Positions 1 to 8,832 of a stretch of DNA of 64,000 nt are shown in pieces. The stretch is from Pseudomonadota bacterium (GTDB lineage: Bacteria; Pseudomonadota; Alphaproteobacteria; Micavibrionales; UBA2020). Both the position numbers and the translations under genes were made by a program. The first letter of the stretch is position 1. Every line of letters begins with the position of its first letter. Below the pieces are notes generated by a model. That model made no database searches, was not told where the DNA came from, and saw only the letters and a program-made list of their open reading frames with translations. The stretch lies in the NCBI GenBank assembly GCA_021845905.1, contig JAJZVA010000011.1, positions 20,682 through 84,681 on the forward strand, written 5' to 3'.

Positions 1-48
1 AAGCCTCTTCTGCCGCGATAACTCACCGCAATAACAAAGGCATCCCCT

Positions 49-1143
49 TTGCAAAATGGATTGGTCATATCCCTGGACGGCATGGGCGGCGATCGTGCGC
101 CTCATATCGTCGTTGAGGGAGCTTCTCTTGCGCGCCGCAAATATCCGCAGGCGAAATTCATCATTTTTGGCGATGAACAAAAGATCGGCCCGCTGATCAA
201 AAAACACCCGGGTCTTGAAGCCGTGATGGAGTTGCGGCATACGCCAGACCGCGTCACCAGCGAGGACAAGCCTTCAGCGGCGCTCCGCAGCGGTCGCAAT
301 TCAAGCATGCGTCTTGCGATCGACGCAGTCGGCAACGGCGAGGCGCACTGCGTCGTCTCCGCAGGGAATACCGGAGCGCTGATGGCCATGGCAAAGTTTG
401 TTCTCAAAGCCTTGCCCGGTATCACGCGCCCCGCCATCGCAACCTATATGCCGACCAAAATCGCCGGACAGGGCGTCGTCATGCTTGACCTCGGCGCGAA
501 TGTCGAATGCAGTCCTAAAAACCTGCTGGAATTCGCGACGCTTGGCGGCGTTTTCTCACGCGAGATCATGAAAGTTGCGGAACCGCGCATCGGCCTGCTC
601 AATGTCGGCTCCGAGCAAATGAAAGGCCATGAAACGGTCAAAGGCGCGGCGGAGTTGCTCGATGCCGCCACTCACCTGCCCGGAAAATATATCGGCTTCG
701 TCGAAGGTGACGATATCTGTAGCGGCACGGTCGATGTTGTTGTTACAGATGGGTTTACGGGAAACATTGTGCTCAAAGCCATCGAAGGCACCGCAAAGCT
801 GATCGGCAGCCTTGCCAAACAGACTGTTCTCTCTTCCTGGCTGGCAAAAATGGGCACCGTCCTTTCCCTGCCGGGAATCGCCCTCGCCCTGCCTGCCTTC
901 ATCTCCCTGAAAAAAAGGCTCGACCCGCGTTTTTATAATGGCGCGAGCTTTATGGGTCTGAAAGGCCTCTGCATCAAAAGCCATGGCGGAACGGACGCCA
1001 TAGGATTCGCCAACGCCATTGGCGTAGCAGCCGAAATGTCTCTCATCCAATTTAATAAAAAAGTGGCTGAAGAGCTTGAAAATATGGGCATTGGATCCAA
1101 TCAGACAGATTCACCTCCCCTTGAAGATGAGATTTCGGCATGA
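49..1143 (+). CDS. plsX: Phosphate acyltransferase PlsX
   Basis: 364-aa ORF with a PlsX-type N-terminus ([12 protein letters not shown]) and PlsX-like sequence throughout. TTG at 49 is the first start after an in-frame stop at 19-21. The stop overlaps the fabH start (ATGA at 1140-1143). Confidence 0.9.
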   Translation: MQNGLVISLDGMGGDRAPHIVVEGASLARRKYPQAKFIIFGDEQKIGPLIKKHPGLEAVMELRHTPDRVTSEDKPSAALRSGRNSSMRLAIDAVGNGEAHCVVSAGNTGALMAMAKFVLKALPGITRPAIATYMPTKIAGQGVVMLDLGANVECSPKNLLEFATLGGVFSREIMKVAEPRIGLLNVGSEQMKGHETVKGAAELLDAATHLPGKYIGFVEGDDICSGTVDVVVTDGFTGNIVLKAIEGTAKLIGSLAKQTVLSSWLAKMGTVLSLPGIALALPAFISLKKRLDPRFYNGASFMGLKGLCIKSHGGTDAIGFANAIGVAAEMSLIQFNKKVAEELENMGIGSNQTDSPPLEDEISA

Positions 1144-2117
1144 GACGCGCGCGGATCATCAGTTGCGCTTCATATTTGCCGGAAAGCGTTATAACCAATG
1201 ACGATCTGGCAAAACGCGTCGATACCACGCATGACTGGATAGAACAGCGCACAGGCATAAAATCTCGCCATATCGCTGCGAAAGACGAAACGACATCTGA
1301 CATGGCGACCCGCGCCGCGCAACGCGCACTGGAAAAAGCAGGTTTGACGGGACAGGACATCGATGCGGTGTTCCTCGCCACGACCACGCCGGATCAAACC
1401 TTTCCCGCCACTGCCGTCACCGTGCAGGACAAGATTGGCATGGGCGACAAGGGATTCGCTTTTGACATTCAGGCCGTCTGCTCCGGCTTTATATATGCCT
1501 TGGCGACGGCGGATAATTTCGTCAAATCAAGACAGGTGAGCCGCGCGCTTGTCATCGGCGCGGAGCGTTTCAGCAGCTTGCTGGACTGGAACGACCGCAC
1601 GACCTGCGTTTTGTTCGGCGATGGCGCGGGAGCCGTTATTCTCGAAGCGGACGATAGCGCGCAAGGAACAAAAGAAGATTCCGGCATCCTCTCTACCCAT
1701 CTGCATTCAGAAGGCGCGCACCGCGGACAGCTTTATGTCGACGGAGGCCCCGCGACAACTCAGACAACAGGACATGTGCGCATGAACGGACGCGAAGTTT
1801 TCCGTCACGCCGTAACACGCATGGGTGAAGTTGTTGTTGAGGCTCTTCAGGCTAACGGTCTGGAAGGAAAAGATATCCAATGGCTCGTGCCGCATCAGGC
1901 CAACAAGAGAATCATCGACGCGACCGCCCAAAAACTCGGCCTGCCGCCGGAACGTGTTGTATTGACGGTTGAAAAACACGGCAATACATCGGCCGCATCG
2001 ATTCCACTCGCGCTTTGCACCGCGGTTGAAGACGGACGAATCCGCTCCGGCGATCTGATTCTCATGGAAGCCATGGGCGGCGGCTTCACGTGGGGCGCCG
2101 CGCTTGTTCGCTACTAA
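1140..2117 (+). CDS. fabH: 3-oxoacyl-ACP synthase III (FabH)
   Basis: 325-aa ORF with KAS III motifs (AVCSGF active-site Cys context, [14 protein letters not shown]). Classic plsX-fabH pairing. Confidence 0.92.
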   Translation: MRRARIISCASYLPESVITNDDLAKRVDTTHDWIEQRTGIKSRHIAAKDETTSDMATRAAQRALEKAGLTGQDIDAVFLATTTPDQTFPATAVTVQDKIGMGDKGFAFDIQAVCSGFIYALATADNFVKSRQVSRALVIGAERFSSLLDWNDRTTCVLFGDGAGAVILEADDSAQGTKEDSGILSTHLHSEGAHRGQLYVDGGPATTQTTGHVRMNGREVFRHAVTRMGEVVVEALQANGLEGKDIQWLVPHQANKRIIDATAQKLGLPPERVVLTVEKHGNTSAASIPLALCTAVEDGRIRSGDLILMEAMGGGFTWGAALVRY

Positions 2118-2188
2118 AGCTCTAAGCCCTTGTTATACGCGGGTTTCAAACCCTTCAATACTGTAACTTTATTTCTCAACGCTTTGTA

Positions 2189-2217
2189 TTGACTGCCTTA
2201 TTGTGAATCGATACTGT
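2189..2217 (+). promoter_or_regulatory. Possible sigma70-type promoter for ihfA (TTGACT-17 nt-TACTGT)
   Basis: TTGACT at 2189-2194, a 17-nt spacer, then TACTGT at 2212-2217, about 35 nt upstream of the ihfA ATG. Pattern match only. Confidence 0.3.
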
Positions 2218-2249
2218 GTTCCCACGTTGATCTTTTATTGAGGTGCAAC

Positions 2250-2558
2250 ATGAACAACCAGACAATTACCCGCGCAGACTTAAGCCAAGCCGTTTACGAA
2301 CAAGTCGGTCTTTCCAGAAATGAATCCGCCGACCTGGTGGAAACTGTTCTCGCAGAAATCTGCAAGGCTCTCCAAAAAGGTGAAATGGTCAAAATTTCTT
2401 CCTTTGGCACATTCCAGGTTCGCAGCAAACGCCAGCGCATCGGTCGCAATCCCAAAACCGGCGAGGAAGTGCCTATTCTTCCACGCCGCGTATTGACCTT
2501 CCGCGCCAGCAACGTCCTGAAAGAACGCATCAACAACGAAAAACACGCAGAAGATTAA
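2250..2558 (+). CDS. ihfA: Integration host factor subunit alpha
   Basis: HU/IHF-fold protein ([27 protein letters not shown] beta-arm). ATG at 2250 lies inside the 2238 TTG-started ORF. The plsX-fabH-ihfA-MerR synteny is typical of alphaproteobacteria. Confidence 0.9.
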   Translation: MNNQTITRADLSQAVYEQVGLSRNESADLVETVLAEICKALQKGEMVKISSFGTFQVRSKRQRIGRNPKTGEEVPILPRRVLTFRASNVLKERINNEKHAED

Positions 2559-2594
2559 TAGTAATAAAAAAATACAATAAGGAACATCTCCCCC

Positions 2595-3104
2595 ATGTCC
2601 TCGACAACGTCATCCGTCGCAAGCAATACCTCAGAACCGAAAACCTCCCCGAAAACCGAACGGCAGACCGTTCAAAACATCCCCAACCGCCGTCCTCTGA
2701 AAAAAAACGCCAAAGCGGCGCCGGAAAAAGCCCCCTCCGCTTTCCGCACGATCAGCGAAGTGGCGAATGAACTGAAAGTTCAGCAACATGTGTTGCGTTT
2801 CTGGGAAAGCAAGTTCAACCAGATCAAGCCGTTGAAACGCGGCGGCGGGCGCCGCTACTATCGTCCGGAAGATATTGAGTTGCTGAAAAACATCTATCAC
2901 CTGCTCTACCAGGAAGGCTACACCATCAAGGGCGTTCAAAAGCTTTTGCACAGCACGCGCGGCAACCTCTCGCCCCGTGTCGCCAAAGCGCCTGAAGTGC
3001 CGATGGACGAGCCGGAAGACGCCTCGTCCGCGACCAGCAAAAAGCGCGACGAGCTTCAGTCCATGCTCAACGAGCTTAAATCCATGAGAAACCTGATCGG
3101 CTGA
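2595..3104 (+). CDS. MerR-family transcriptional regulator
   Basis: 169-aa ORF with a MerR-type HTH ([25 protein letters not shown]...[15 protein letters not shown]) after a low-complexity N-terminus. Conserved partner downstream of ihfA. Confidence 0.8.
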   Translation: MSSTTSSVASNTSEPKTSPKTERQTVQNIPNRRPLKKNAKAAPEKAPSAFRTISEVANELKVQQHVLRFWESKFNQIKPLKRGGGRRYYRPEDIELLKNIYHLLYQEGYTIKGVQKLLHSTRGNLSPRVAKAPEVPMDEPEDASSATSKKRDELQSMLNELKSMRNLIG

Positions 3105-3138
3105 TTTTCACCGGCTTTTCGTAGCAACAAGCTCCATT

Positions 3139-5748
3139 TTAGTGGCGATCACGGTCATGATTGCGTGCTTCTTTGTGCCCGGATTTTTTCTTGGCATGAT
3201 GATCGCGCTCATGCCTGTCTTCATGCCTCTTGGCCTCGTGTCCGTATTTTTCGTGCCTGTCTTCTTGCACGGCTCCGGCTTTCACATGAGCATCAGCGAC
3301 TACGTCCTCATGGATGTCATGGCTTATATCAGCCACTTTTTCCGGTTGATCCGCCATGGCGACATGCGTTTCTTCAATACCGCTATGAATACCTGATTTA
3401 TGTCCCGCATCTTCGGCATGCTCAAGGGCCGTACGCGCCTTGGCCGCGGCTTTTTCTTCGGCCCGTTCTATCCCGCGGAAGAAATCGTATAAACTATCGT
3501 CATAACGCCGGTTATGACCGTCTTTGGCGTGGTCGCGGCGGCCGTCATGATCGTAGTAATGTTCCTCATGATCGCGGTCTTCTTGATGATGGCGATCTTT
3601 GTCATGCCCATAGTGATGCCCGTGATCATGATGATTGCCAGATCCCTGCCCGTTACCGGCCTCGCCACCGGATCCATTCCCGCCACCGCTTCCAGGTTTC
3701 GGCACATTAATATAAGAGTTCGACGCAAGCGATACATTCGTGGATGTCGGTGTCGAAACGCCGGTGCCGGAGAAGCCGTCGAAAGTATTGTGGTCAACGG
3801 CCAGGCTATCCACACCGCTGGCATAAATGCCGTAAGCGCTGTTTGCGAGTGTTCCGCCGCTCACCTGCGCGTTGAGATGGAATCCGTCTATCGTCACGTT
3901 ATTGGCGGCGACAGTGATGATGTTCCCGCCCGCAACCGTACCAACAAGCTCCGGCGCCGTCGTGTCTGCGCCCGCGCCGCCGGTGGTATTGACAATGCCG
4001 TTGAGCGTCAGTCCGGCTTTGCTGATGTTCAGGTTTCCATTATATGTGCCTGACGCAACATCAACCGTCACCGGTGCCGTCGCCGAAGAGAGATCGATAC
4101 CCTGCTGGATGTCGGCAAGATTGCTGAGGATATTGACCTGTGTCGCCGTGCCAGATGCTTGCGTCAGTGGAATATCTGCGCCACCTGCCGTAATGCGTCC
4201 GTTCAGGTTCATTGTCGAAAAATCAAGATGCAACGGGCTCGTCGCGCTCATATTCATGTTGTAATTCAAATCAAATACAGGCGCACTCAGCGTCAGCCCG
4301 TAAGAGGGCGTTCCGTTCGCGCTTGCGGAAAGGTCGATATTGTTGATGACGTCTATGTTGCTGGTTGCCTGAATATTAATCGACGTAAACGCAAGGGTGT
4401 TGGCAAGATTCTGCGCGTTAAGGTATGTGCCGGAACTTACAGTCTGGCTACCCGTGCCGATGGAGACCGACGTCGGATCGATCAGCAACTGCCCGACCTG
4501 CCCGTTTGCCGCGGTGGTATTGACGATACCCGCGAAATCGACGCCCGCGCCGGTGGATACTTCCACCATGCCGCCGTTGCCGCCGCTCGCTCCGCCACGC
4601 GCCGTTGCCGTGCCGTAGAAACCTGTATTCTGACTGCCCCAGACGACGACCGTACCGCCATTTCCGTTATCCGTCGCATCGGCATCTATCACGCTACCCG
4701 AAGAAACATTCGTTATGGCGGCCGGCGCATCCGCGCCATCCTGCGCGCCACCGACGCCGGCGCCCAGATAAACCTGTCCGCCAGCGCTTGTGCCGGAAAC
4801 ATTGATTTGCGCATTATTGACGGCAATCTGGTTGCCCGTCACGTCAACGCGCCCGCCGGTCGCGCCGCCCGTGGCGTTCACCTGACCCGTAACATTGACC
4901 GTGCCCGCATCGCCGCCGCTCAGAACGATCTCTCCGTTCTGAGCGCCCACCGTATTCGCCTGCACAACGCCGGTCATGTTCACCACATCGCTCACCACGC
5001 CCGCCGCCGCGCGCGCCGTCATGGCCACCCGCCCGCCATCTGCCGTAATCGTGCCGGAATTCTCGACAAGCGCGTTAGCCAAAGGCCCGCTGACGGCCAT
5101 GGAGACAAGATTATCTCCCGAAAGATCAACTGTCACAGCGCTACCCGAAGCCAGCTCGACGCGCCCGAGATCAGCCGTGATCACGCCACTGTTATCGACA
5201 TAGGGCGCGACAAACGCCGCAAGGCCGCCCTGCGCCACCGTGATTTGTCCCTGGTTGATGACCGAACCGCCGTCGATATTGGTGATGTCTATGCTGTTGG
5301 CACCCGACATGACTTGCGAGTCATCCACATTCCCGGTCGTGGCAATAATGCCGCCGACGTCAATGCGGGAATTAGCCCCGAACAAAACCCCGTTCGGATC
5401 CAAAATCATGATCTGACCATTGGATTTGAGAGAACCGAGAATCTGGGTGGGATCCGTCGATGTGCTGACAACGCGGTTGACGGCAAGCGCACTGGAACTC
5501 GGCTGGACAAACTGCACCGATGCGCCGCTCCCGATGTTGAAAGACTGCCAGTTGATAACGGCGCGCGACGTACTTTGATCGATCGTCAGGCTCGTCGACG
5601 TCGGGGTGCTGAAAGTCGCGGCGCCGCCGACTACCGTCGCGCCCTGAGGAATAGCCCCCGCACTCAGAGCGTAAGCGGCATGGGATGAAAAACCCGCAAA
5701 CAAGGTGACCAGCGCCGTCGTCGCGGTCAGTTTCGTAAGCTTGTGCAT
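3139..5748 (-). CDS. Filamentous-haemagglutinin-type (TpsA-like) exoprotein with beta-helix repeats and a His/Asp/Arg-rich C-terminal tail
   Basis: Signal peptide (MHKLTKLTATTALVTLFAGFSSHAAYA) followed by a TPS/haemagglutination-activity domain (INWQSFNIG...AVNRV...ILDPNGVLFG). Gly/Asn/Thr-rich beta-helix repeats and a parallel beta-helix-like segment (NVTIDGFHL...VDHNTFDGF). The last ~190 aa are H/D/R/E/K-rich. ATG at 5748 is preceded by a GGGGGG SD; the ORF track extends to 5787. Confidence 0.8.
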   Translation of the reverse strand: MHKLTKLTATTALVTLFAGFSSHAAYALSAGAIPQGATVVGGAATFSTPTSTSLTIDQSTSRAVINWQSFNIGSGASVQFVQPSSSALAVNRVVSTSTDPTQILGSLKSNGQIMILDPNGVLFGANSRIDVGGIIATTGNVDDSQVMSGANSIDITNIDGGSVINQGQITVAQGGLAAFVAPYVDNSGVITADLGRVELASGSAVTVDLSGDNLVSMAVSGPLANALVENSGTITADGGRVAMTARAAAGVVSDVVNMTGVVQANTVGAQNGEIVLSGGDAGTVNVTGQVNATGGATGGRVDVTGNQIAVNNAQINVSGTSAGGQVYLGAGVGGAQDGADAPAAITNVSSGSVIDADATDNGNGGTVVVWGSQNTGFYGTATARGGASGGNGGMVEVSTGAGVDFAGIVNTTAANGQVGQLLIDPTSVSIGTGSQTVSSGTYLNAQNLANTLAFTSINIQATSNIDVINNIDLSASANGTPSYGLTLSAPVFDLNYNMNMSATSPLHLDFSTMNLNGRITAGGADIPLTQASGTATQVNILSNLADIQQGIDLSSATAPVTVDVASGTYNGNLNISKAGLTLNGIVNTTGGAGADTTAPELVGTVAGGNIITVAANNVTIDGFHLNAQVSGGTLANSAYGIYASGVDSLAVDHNTFDGFSGTGVSTPTSTNVSLASNSYINVPKPGSGGGNGSGGEAGNGQGSGNHHDHGHHYGHDKDRHHQEDRDHEEHYYDHDGRRDHAKDGHNRRYDDSLYDFFRGIERAEEKAAAKARTALEHAEDAGHKSGIHSGIEETHVAMADQPEKVADISHDIHEDVVADAHVKAGAVQEDRHEKYGHEAKRHEDRHERDHHAKKKSGHKEARNHDRDRH

Positions 5749-5794
5749 TTGCCCCCCTGACATTCTGGCTTTGCCAATATGCGCCAAATATTAT

Positions 5795-5805
5795 TTTTTA
5801 AAGGA
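5795..5805. repeat. 11-bp direct repeat TTTTTAAAGGA, copy 1
   Basis: Exact 11-mer repeated at 5895-5905, exactly 100 bp away, in the AT-rich region upstream of the TpsA-like gene. Confidence 0.6.
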
Positions 5806-5894
5806 ACCCCATTTTTTATTATAAAGCGACATGATTAACGTTGAGGAAAAGTTGTCTATAATTTTAGAAAAATTGAAGACAACCATTTCCCATC

Positions 5895-5905
5895 TTTTTA
5901 AAGGA
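5895..5905. repeat. 11-bp direct repeat TTTTTAAAGGA, copy 2
   Basis: Exact copy of 5795-5805. Lies just downstream of the stop of the 5920-7581 gene. Confidence 0.6.
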
Positions 5906-5919
5906 CAGAAACGGCAGAC

Positions 5920-7581
5920 CTACAACAAGTCGTTGATGTTGCGTCCGGTTTTCCTGATTTCACGCGCCCGCCGCAGGTAAAAACCGGCTTTTGAAAGATG
6001 GCCTTGATAATTATATATCTCCGCCAAAAAGACATCCGCCCAGTAATAATCCGGATCAATCGCCAGCGTTTTTTTAAACTCGGAAATGGCGGCCGAAATA
6101 TGCGGCGCATCCGGCAGTGCCTGTTTAATCTCATGCGGACCGATAATCCCCTGCCCGTTCGGGCGCACATTCAGGGCGATAAACGCCAGATGCATGTGAA
6201 CGATGGTCATTTGCAACGATGGAAGCGGCGATGGATGGGCAACCGCCTTTTGAAACTGTTCTTCGGCTTTTTTATATGCGCCGATGTCGAAATAATATTG
6301 CCCGAAACTGCTGTATGCGCGGCCGGATTTCACGCCGCAATCGATGATATGCGTGTAAAACGTTACTGGATCGCGCCATACCCGATTCTGGCGGAACGTG
6401 ACAACGCCAAGAGCCGCCGCGGCAAAAAAAACAGCGGTGGCGATGCCCGGGCGCAGATGCCGGGATTTATTTTTTTCGACACATAAAGCGATGGTCTGCG
6501 AAAAACCGAGGGCGAGACCGATGCACGGAAGATACATCCAGTGCTCGGCGATCAGCGCATTGATCGGTTTAATGACGCCACTATAAGGCGAGAACGCGGC
6601 TGCAAACCACAATAGCCCCCATGTCAAGGCAAGACCTCGTTTCCCCCTGCCCCACGCCATCTGCACCAAAGCCGCGCCGACAAGCGCCAGCCCCGCCCAG
6701 ACGCTCGGAAATGCGATGACTCCCGGATAAACAAGGAATGTGCGCTCCATATGGAGATTGTGCGGCCAGAGCATAAGGCCAAGATATGTCGGCAAAGTGG
6801 CGATGCTGGTGAATACGCGCATGGCAATGTCGTGCGCATAAAGAGAATTGCCGGAAGCATTCGCCGCCATCATGCCCTGTCCGCCGTAAACAATATGCAG
6901 CAAGACGAAATACGCCGCCATGATGACCCACAAGGGCCATGTCCGTATGTATGTCGCGGGTTTGAGGCGCTCTTCACTGACCAGAAACAGCGTAAAAACC
7001 GCCAGCGCGGGAAAAACAACGGCGGACTCTTTACTCGCCAGCGCAAGAATGAAAAATGCGCCCGCCTTCAGGAAGTTACGCGGCGCAAAATCCGGAAAAA
7101 GCGACAACAACCCCAAAAGCGTGAAGATGACGTAAAGCGGATCAGCCGAGCCGCTGATATAAGTGATCGCTTCCGTATTCAGAGGATGCACGCCCCATAT
7201 CAGCGCCGCTGAAAAGGCCGTGAATATCCCGCAACCGAGGCGTCTGCCAAAGGCGTAAACAAGGCATGCCGCACAGGCCTGCAACAGCACGTTGACGCCA
7301 TGAAACGCCGCCGCCGAAAATCCGAAAACCTGATAGACGAGAAAGAACAAAAATTCCTGCGCCGGACGAAAGAACCCGCCCGGCAGGCCTGTACCGTAAA
7401 GGCTTAAATGCCCGAGCAACTGCGGAAGATCGCGCCACTGGAGCAAAAGCCGGTTCTGAACGGCCAGAACCAGGTCATCGAGGAGAAAACCATTGCCGTA
7501 TACATTGGCATAGGCCGCAAAAACGGCCATGATCAAAACGATATACGGAAGGCTCTCCCGCCGCAGCTGCATGATTGACAC
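5920..7581 (-). CDS. GT-C-fold membrane glycosyltransferase-like protein with C-terminal TPR repeats (PMT/TMTC-like, DUF1736-type)
   Basis: 553-aa polytopic membrane protein. The first-loop acidic motif YGNGFLLDD is typical of PMT/TMTC-like GT-C enzymes. The C-terminal ~170 aa carry TPR-like repeats (YYFDIGAYKKAEEQFQKAV..., AISEFKKTLAIDPDYYWA...). Confidence 0.7.
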   Translation of the reverse strand: MSIMQLRRESLPYIVLIMAVFAAYANVYGNGFLLDDLVLAVQNRLLLQWRDLPQLLGHLSLYGTGLPGGFFRPAQEFLFFLVYQVFGFSAAAFHGVNVLLQACAACLVYAFGRRLGCGIFTAFSAALIWGVHPLNTEAITYISGSADPLYVIFTLLGLLSLFPDFAPRNFLKAGAFFILALASKESAVVFPALAVFTLFLVSEERLKPATYIRTWPLWVIMAAYFVLLHIVYGGQGMMAANASGNSLYAHDIAMRVFTSIATLPTYLGLMLWPHNLHMERTFLVYPGVIAFPSVWAGLALVGAALVQMAWGRGKRGLALTWGLLWFAAAFSPYSGVIKPINALIAEHWMYLPCIGLALGFSQTIALCVEKNKSRHLRPGIATAVFFAAAALGVVTFRQNRVWRDPVTFYTHIIDCGVKSGRAYSSFGQYYFDIGAYKKAEEQFQKAVAHPSPLPSLQMTIVHMHLAFIALNVRPNGQGIIGPHEIKQALPDAPHISAAISEFKKTLAIDPDYYWADVFLAEIYNYQGHLSKAGFYLRRAREIRKTGRNINDLL

Positions 7582-7648
7582 TCCCTGTTCCCACAGTCTA
7601 GATTACAAGGAAACTCCGCGCAATAAACGGAAAAGGATTTTGACAGTC

Positions 7649-8641
7649 ATGGACAAAGGAAATCCGGACGGGGAAAAGCCGGCCATCGCGGTCGTTGTTC
7701 CGTGCTATAAGGTCAAAAGCAAAGTCCTTGACGTTCTGCGCCGCATCCCTGCGGATGTCGCGTATATTTTTTGCGTTGACGACGCCTGCCCCGAGCAAAG
7801 CGGCGACTTTATAAAACAGTCCTGCGAAGACAAGCGGGTGCGGGTTCTGCATCACGAACAAAATCAAGGCGTCGGCGGGGCGATGGTCACGGGATACAGG
7901 GCCGCATTGGAAACAGATGCCGCCATCGTCGTCAAGCTGGATGGTGACGGTCAGATGGCGCCAGAAATTCTTCCGTCTTTTGTCGCGCCCATCACGGCGG
8001 AGCTCTGCGACTACACCAAGGGCAACCGGTTTTTCCGCCCCGAGGACGTGAAATCCATGCCGCGCATCAGGCTCTTCGGCAACGGTCTTTTAAGCTTCGT
8101 CACCAAGCTTTCCAGCGGCTATTGGAATATCTTCGACCCCAACAACGGCTATACGGCCATACATGCCGACGTGTTGCGCCGCATGCCGTTGCATAAAATA
8201 TCCCGTGGATATTTCTTCGAAAGCGACATGCTCTTCCGTCTCAACCTATTGCATGCCGCGGTGATGGACGTCCCGATGACGGCTGTCTACGCCGATGAAA
8301 CCAGCAGCCTTGACATCAAAAAGATCCTCTGGCCTTTCTTGCGCGGCCATGCGCGTAACCTCTATAAGCGCATCGGATACAACTACTTCCTGCGCGATTT
8401 TCACCTTGCCTCTCTCGAACTTCTTCTTGGCCTTGTTTTTATGATTTTCGGAACCGTTTTCGGAATTGTGGAATGGAGCGCCGGAGAAGCAGTGCATATG
8501 CCTGCCAGCGCCGGCACGGTCATGCTGAGCGCCCTGCCGGTGATCTTGGGCTTTCAAATGTTGCTCTCGTTCCTGCAATTCGATATCCAGTCAACCCCGA
8601 GACATGCCGTTCACCTGGGTTTGGCGCGCCAACCGGACTGA
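7649..8641 (+). CDS. Family 2 glycosyltransferase, GtrB/DPM1-like (polyprenyl-phosphate sugar synthase type) with two C-terminal TM helices
   Basis: VVVPCYKV N-terminus, QNQGVGGA, a DGDGQ (DxD) motif and a C-terminal hydrophobic pair. ATG at 7649 is chosen over the 7529 ORF start, which overlaps the divergent gene. Confidence 0.85.
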   Translation: MDKGNPDGEKPAIAVVVPCYKVKSKVLDVLRRIPADVAYIFCVDDACPEQSGDFIKQSCEDKRVRVLHHEQNQGVGGAMVTGYRAALETDAAIVVKLDGDGQMAPEILPSFVAPITAELCDYTKGNRFFRPEDVKSMPRIRLFGNGLLSFVTKLSSGYWNIFDPNNGYTAIHADVLRRMPLHKISRGYFFESDMLFRLNLLHAAVMDVPMTAVYADETSSLDIKKILWPFLRGHARNLYKRIGYNYFLRDFHLASLELLLGLVFMIFGTVFGIVEWSAGEAVHMPASAGTVMLSALPVILGFQMLLSFLQFDIQSTPRHAVHLGLARQPD

Positions 8642-8714
8642 CAACTCGTAATAATTCAAAAGTTGAATATTTTCAGAAATATGCTATCAGTATGGAGAGG
8701 CCTCAAGGCTCCGC

Positions 8715-8791
8715 GCGCCCTTAGCTCAACTGGATAGAGCAGCCGCCTTCTAAGCGGCAGGTTGCAGGTTCGATTCCTGCAGGGCGCGCCA
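8715..8791 (+). tRNA. tRNA-Arg (anticodon TCT)
   Basis: Hand-folded 77-nt cloverleaf. Acceptor GCGCCCT/AGGGCGC, D arm GCTC-AACTGGATA-GAGC, anticodon arm GCCGC-CTTCTAA-GCGGC, T arm GCAGG-TTCGATT-CCTGC, encoded CCA. Confidence 0.95.
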
Positions 8792-8832
8792 TATTTTCAT
8801 GCTATGCACGCGCATCCGCGAAGATGATTTCC

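Noticed and set aside
4159-5688. 509-aa plus-strand ORF antisense to the TpsA-like gene
   Set aside because: Extremely Arg-rich, low-complexity translation that lies entirely within a well-supported minus-strand gene. This is a typical mirror-frame artefact of high-GC DNA.
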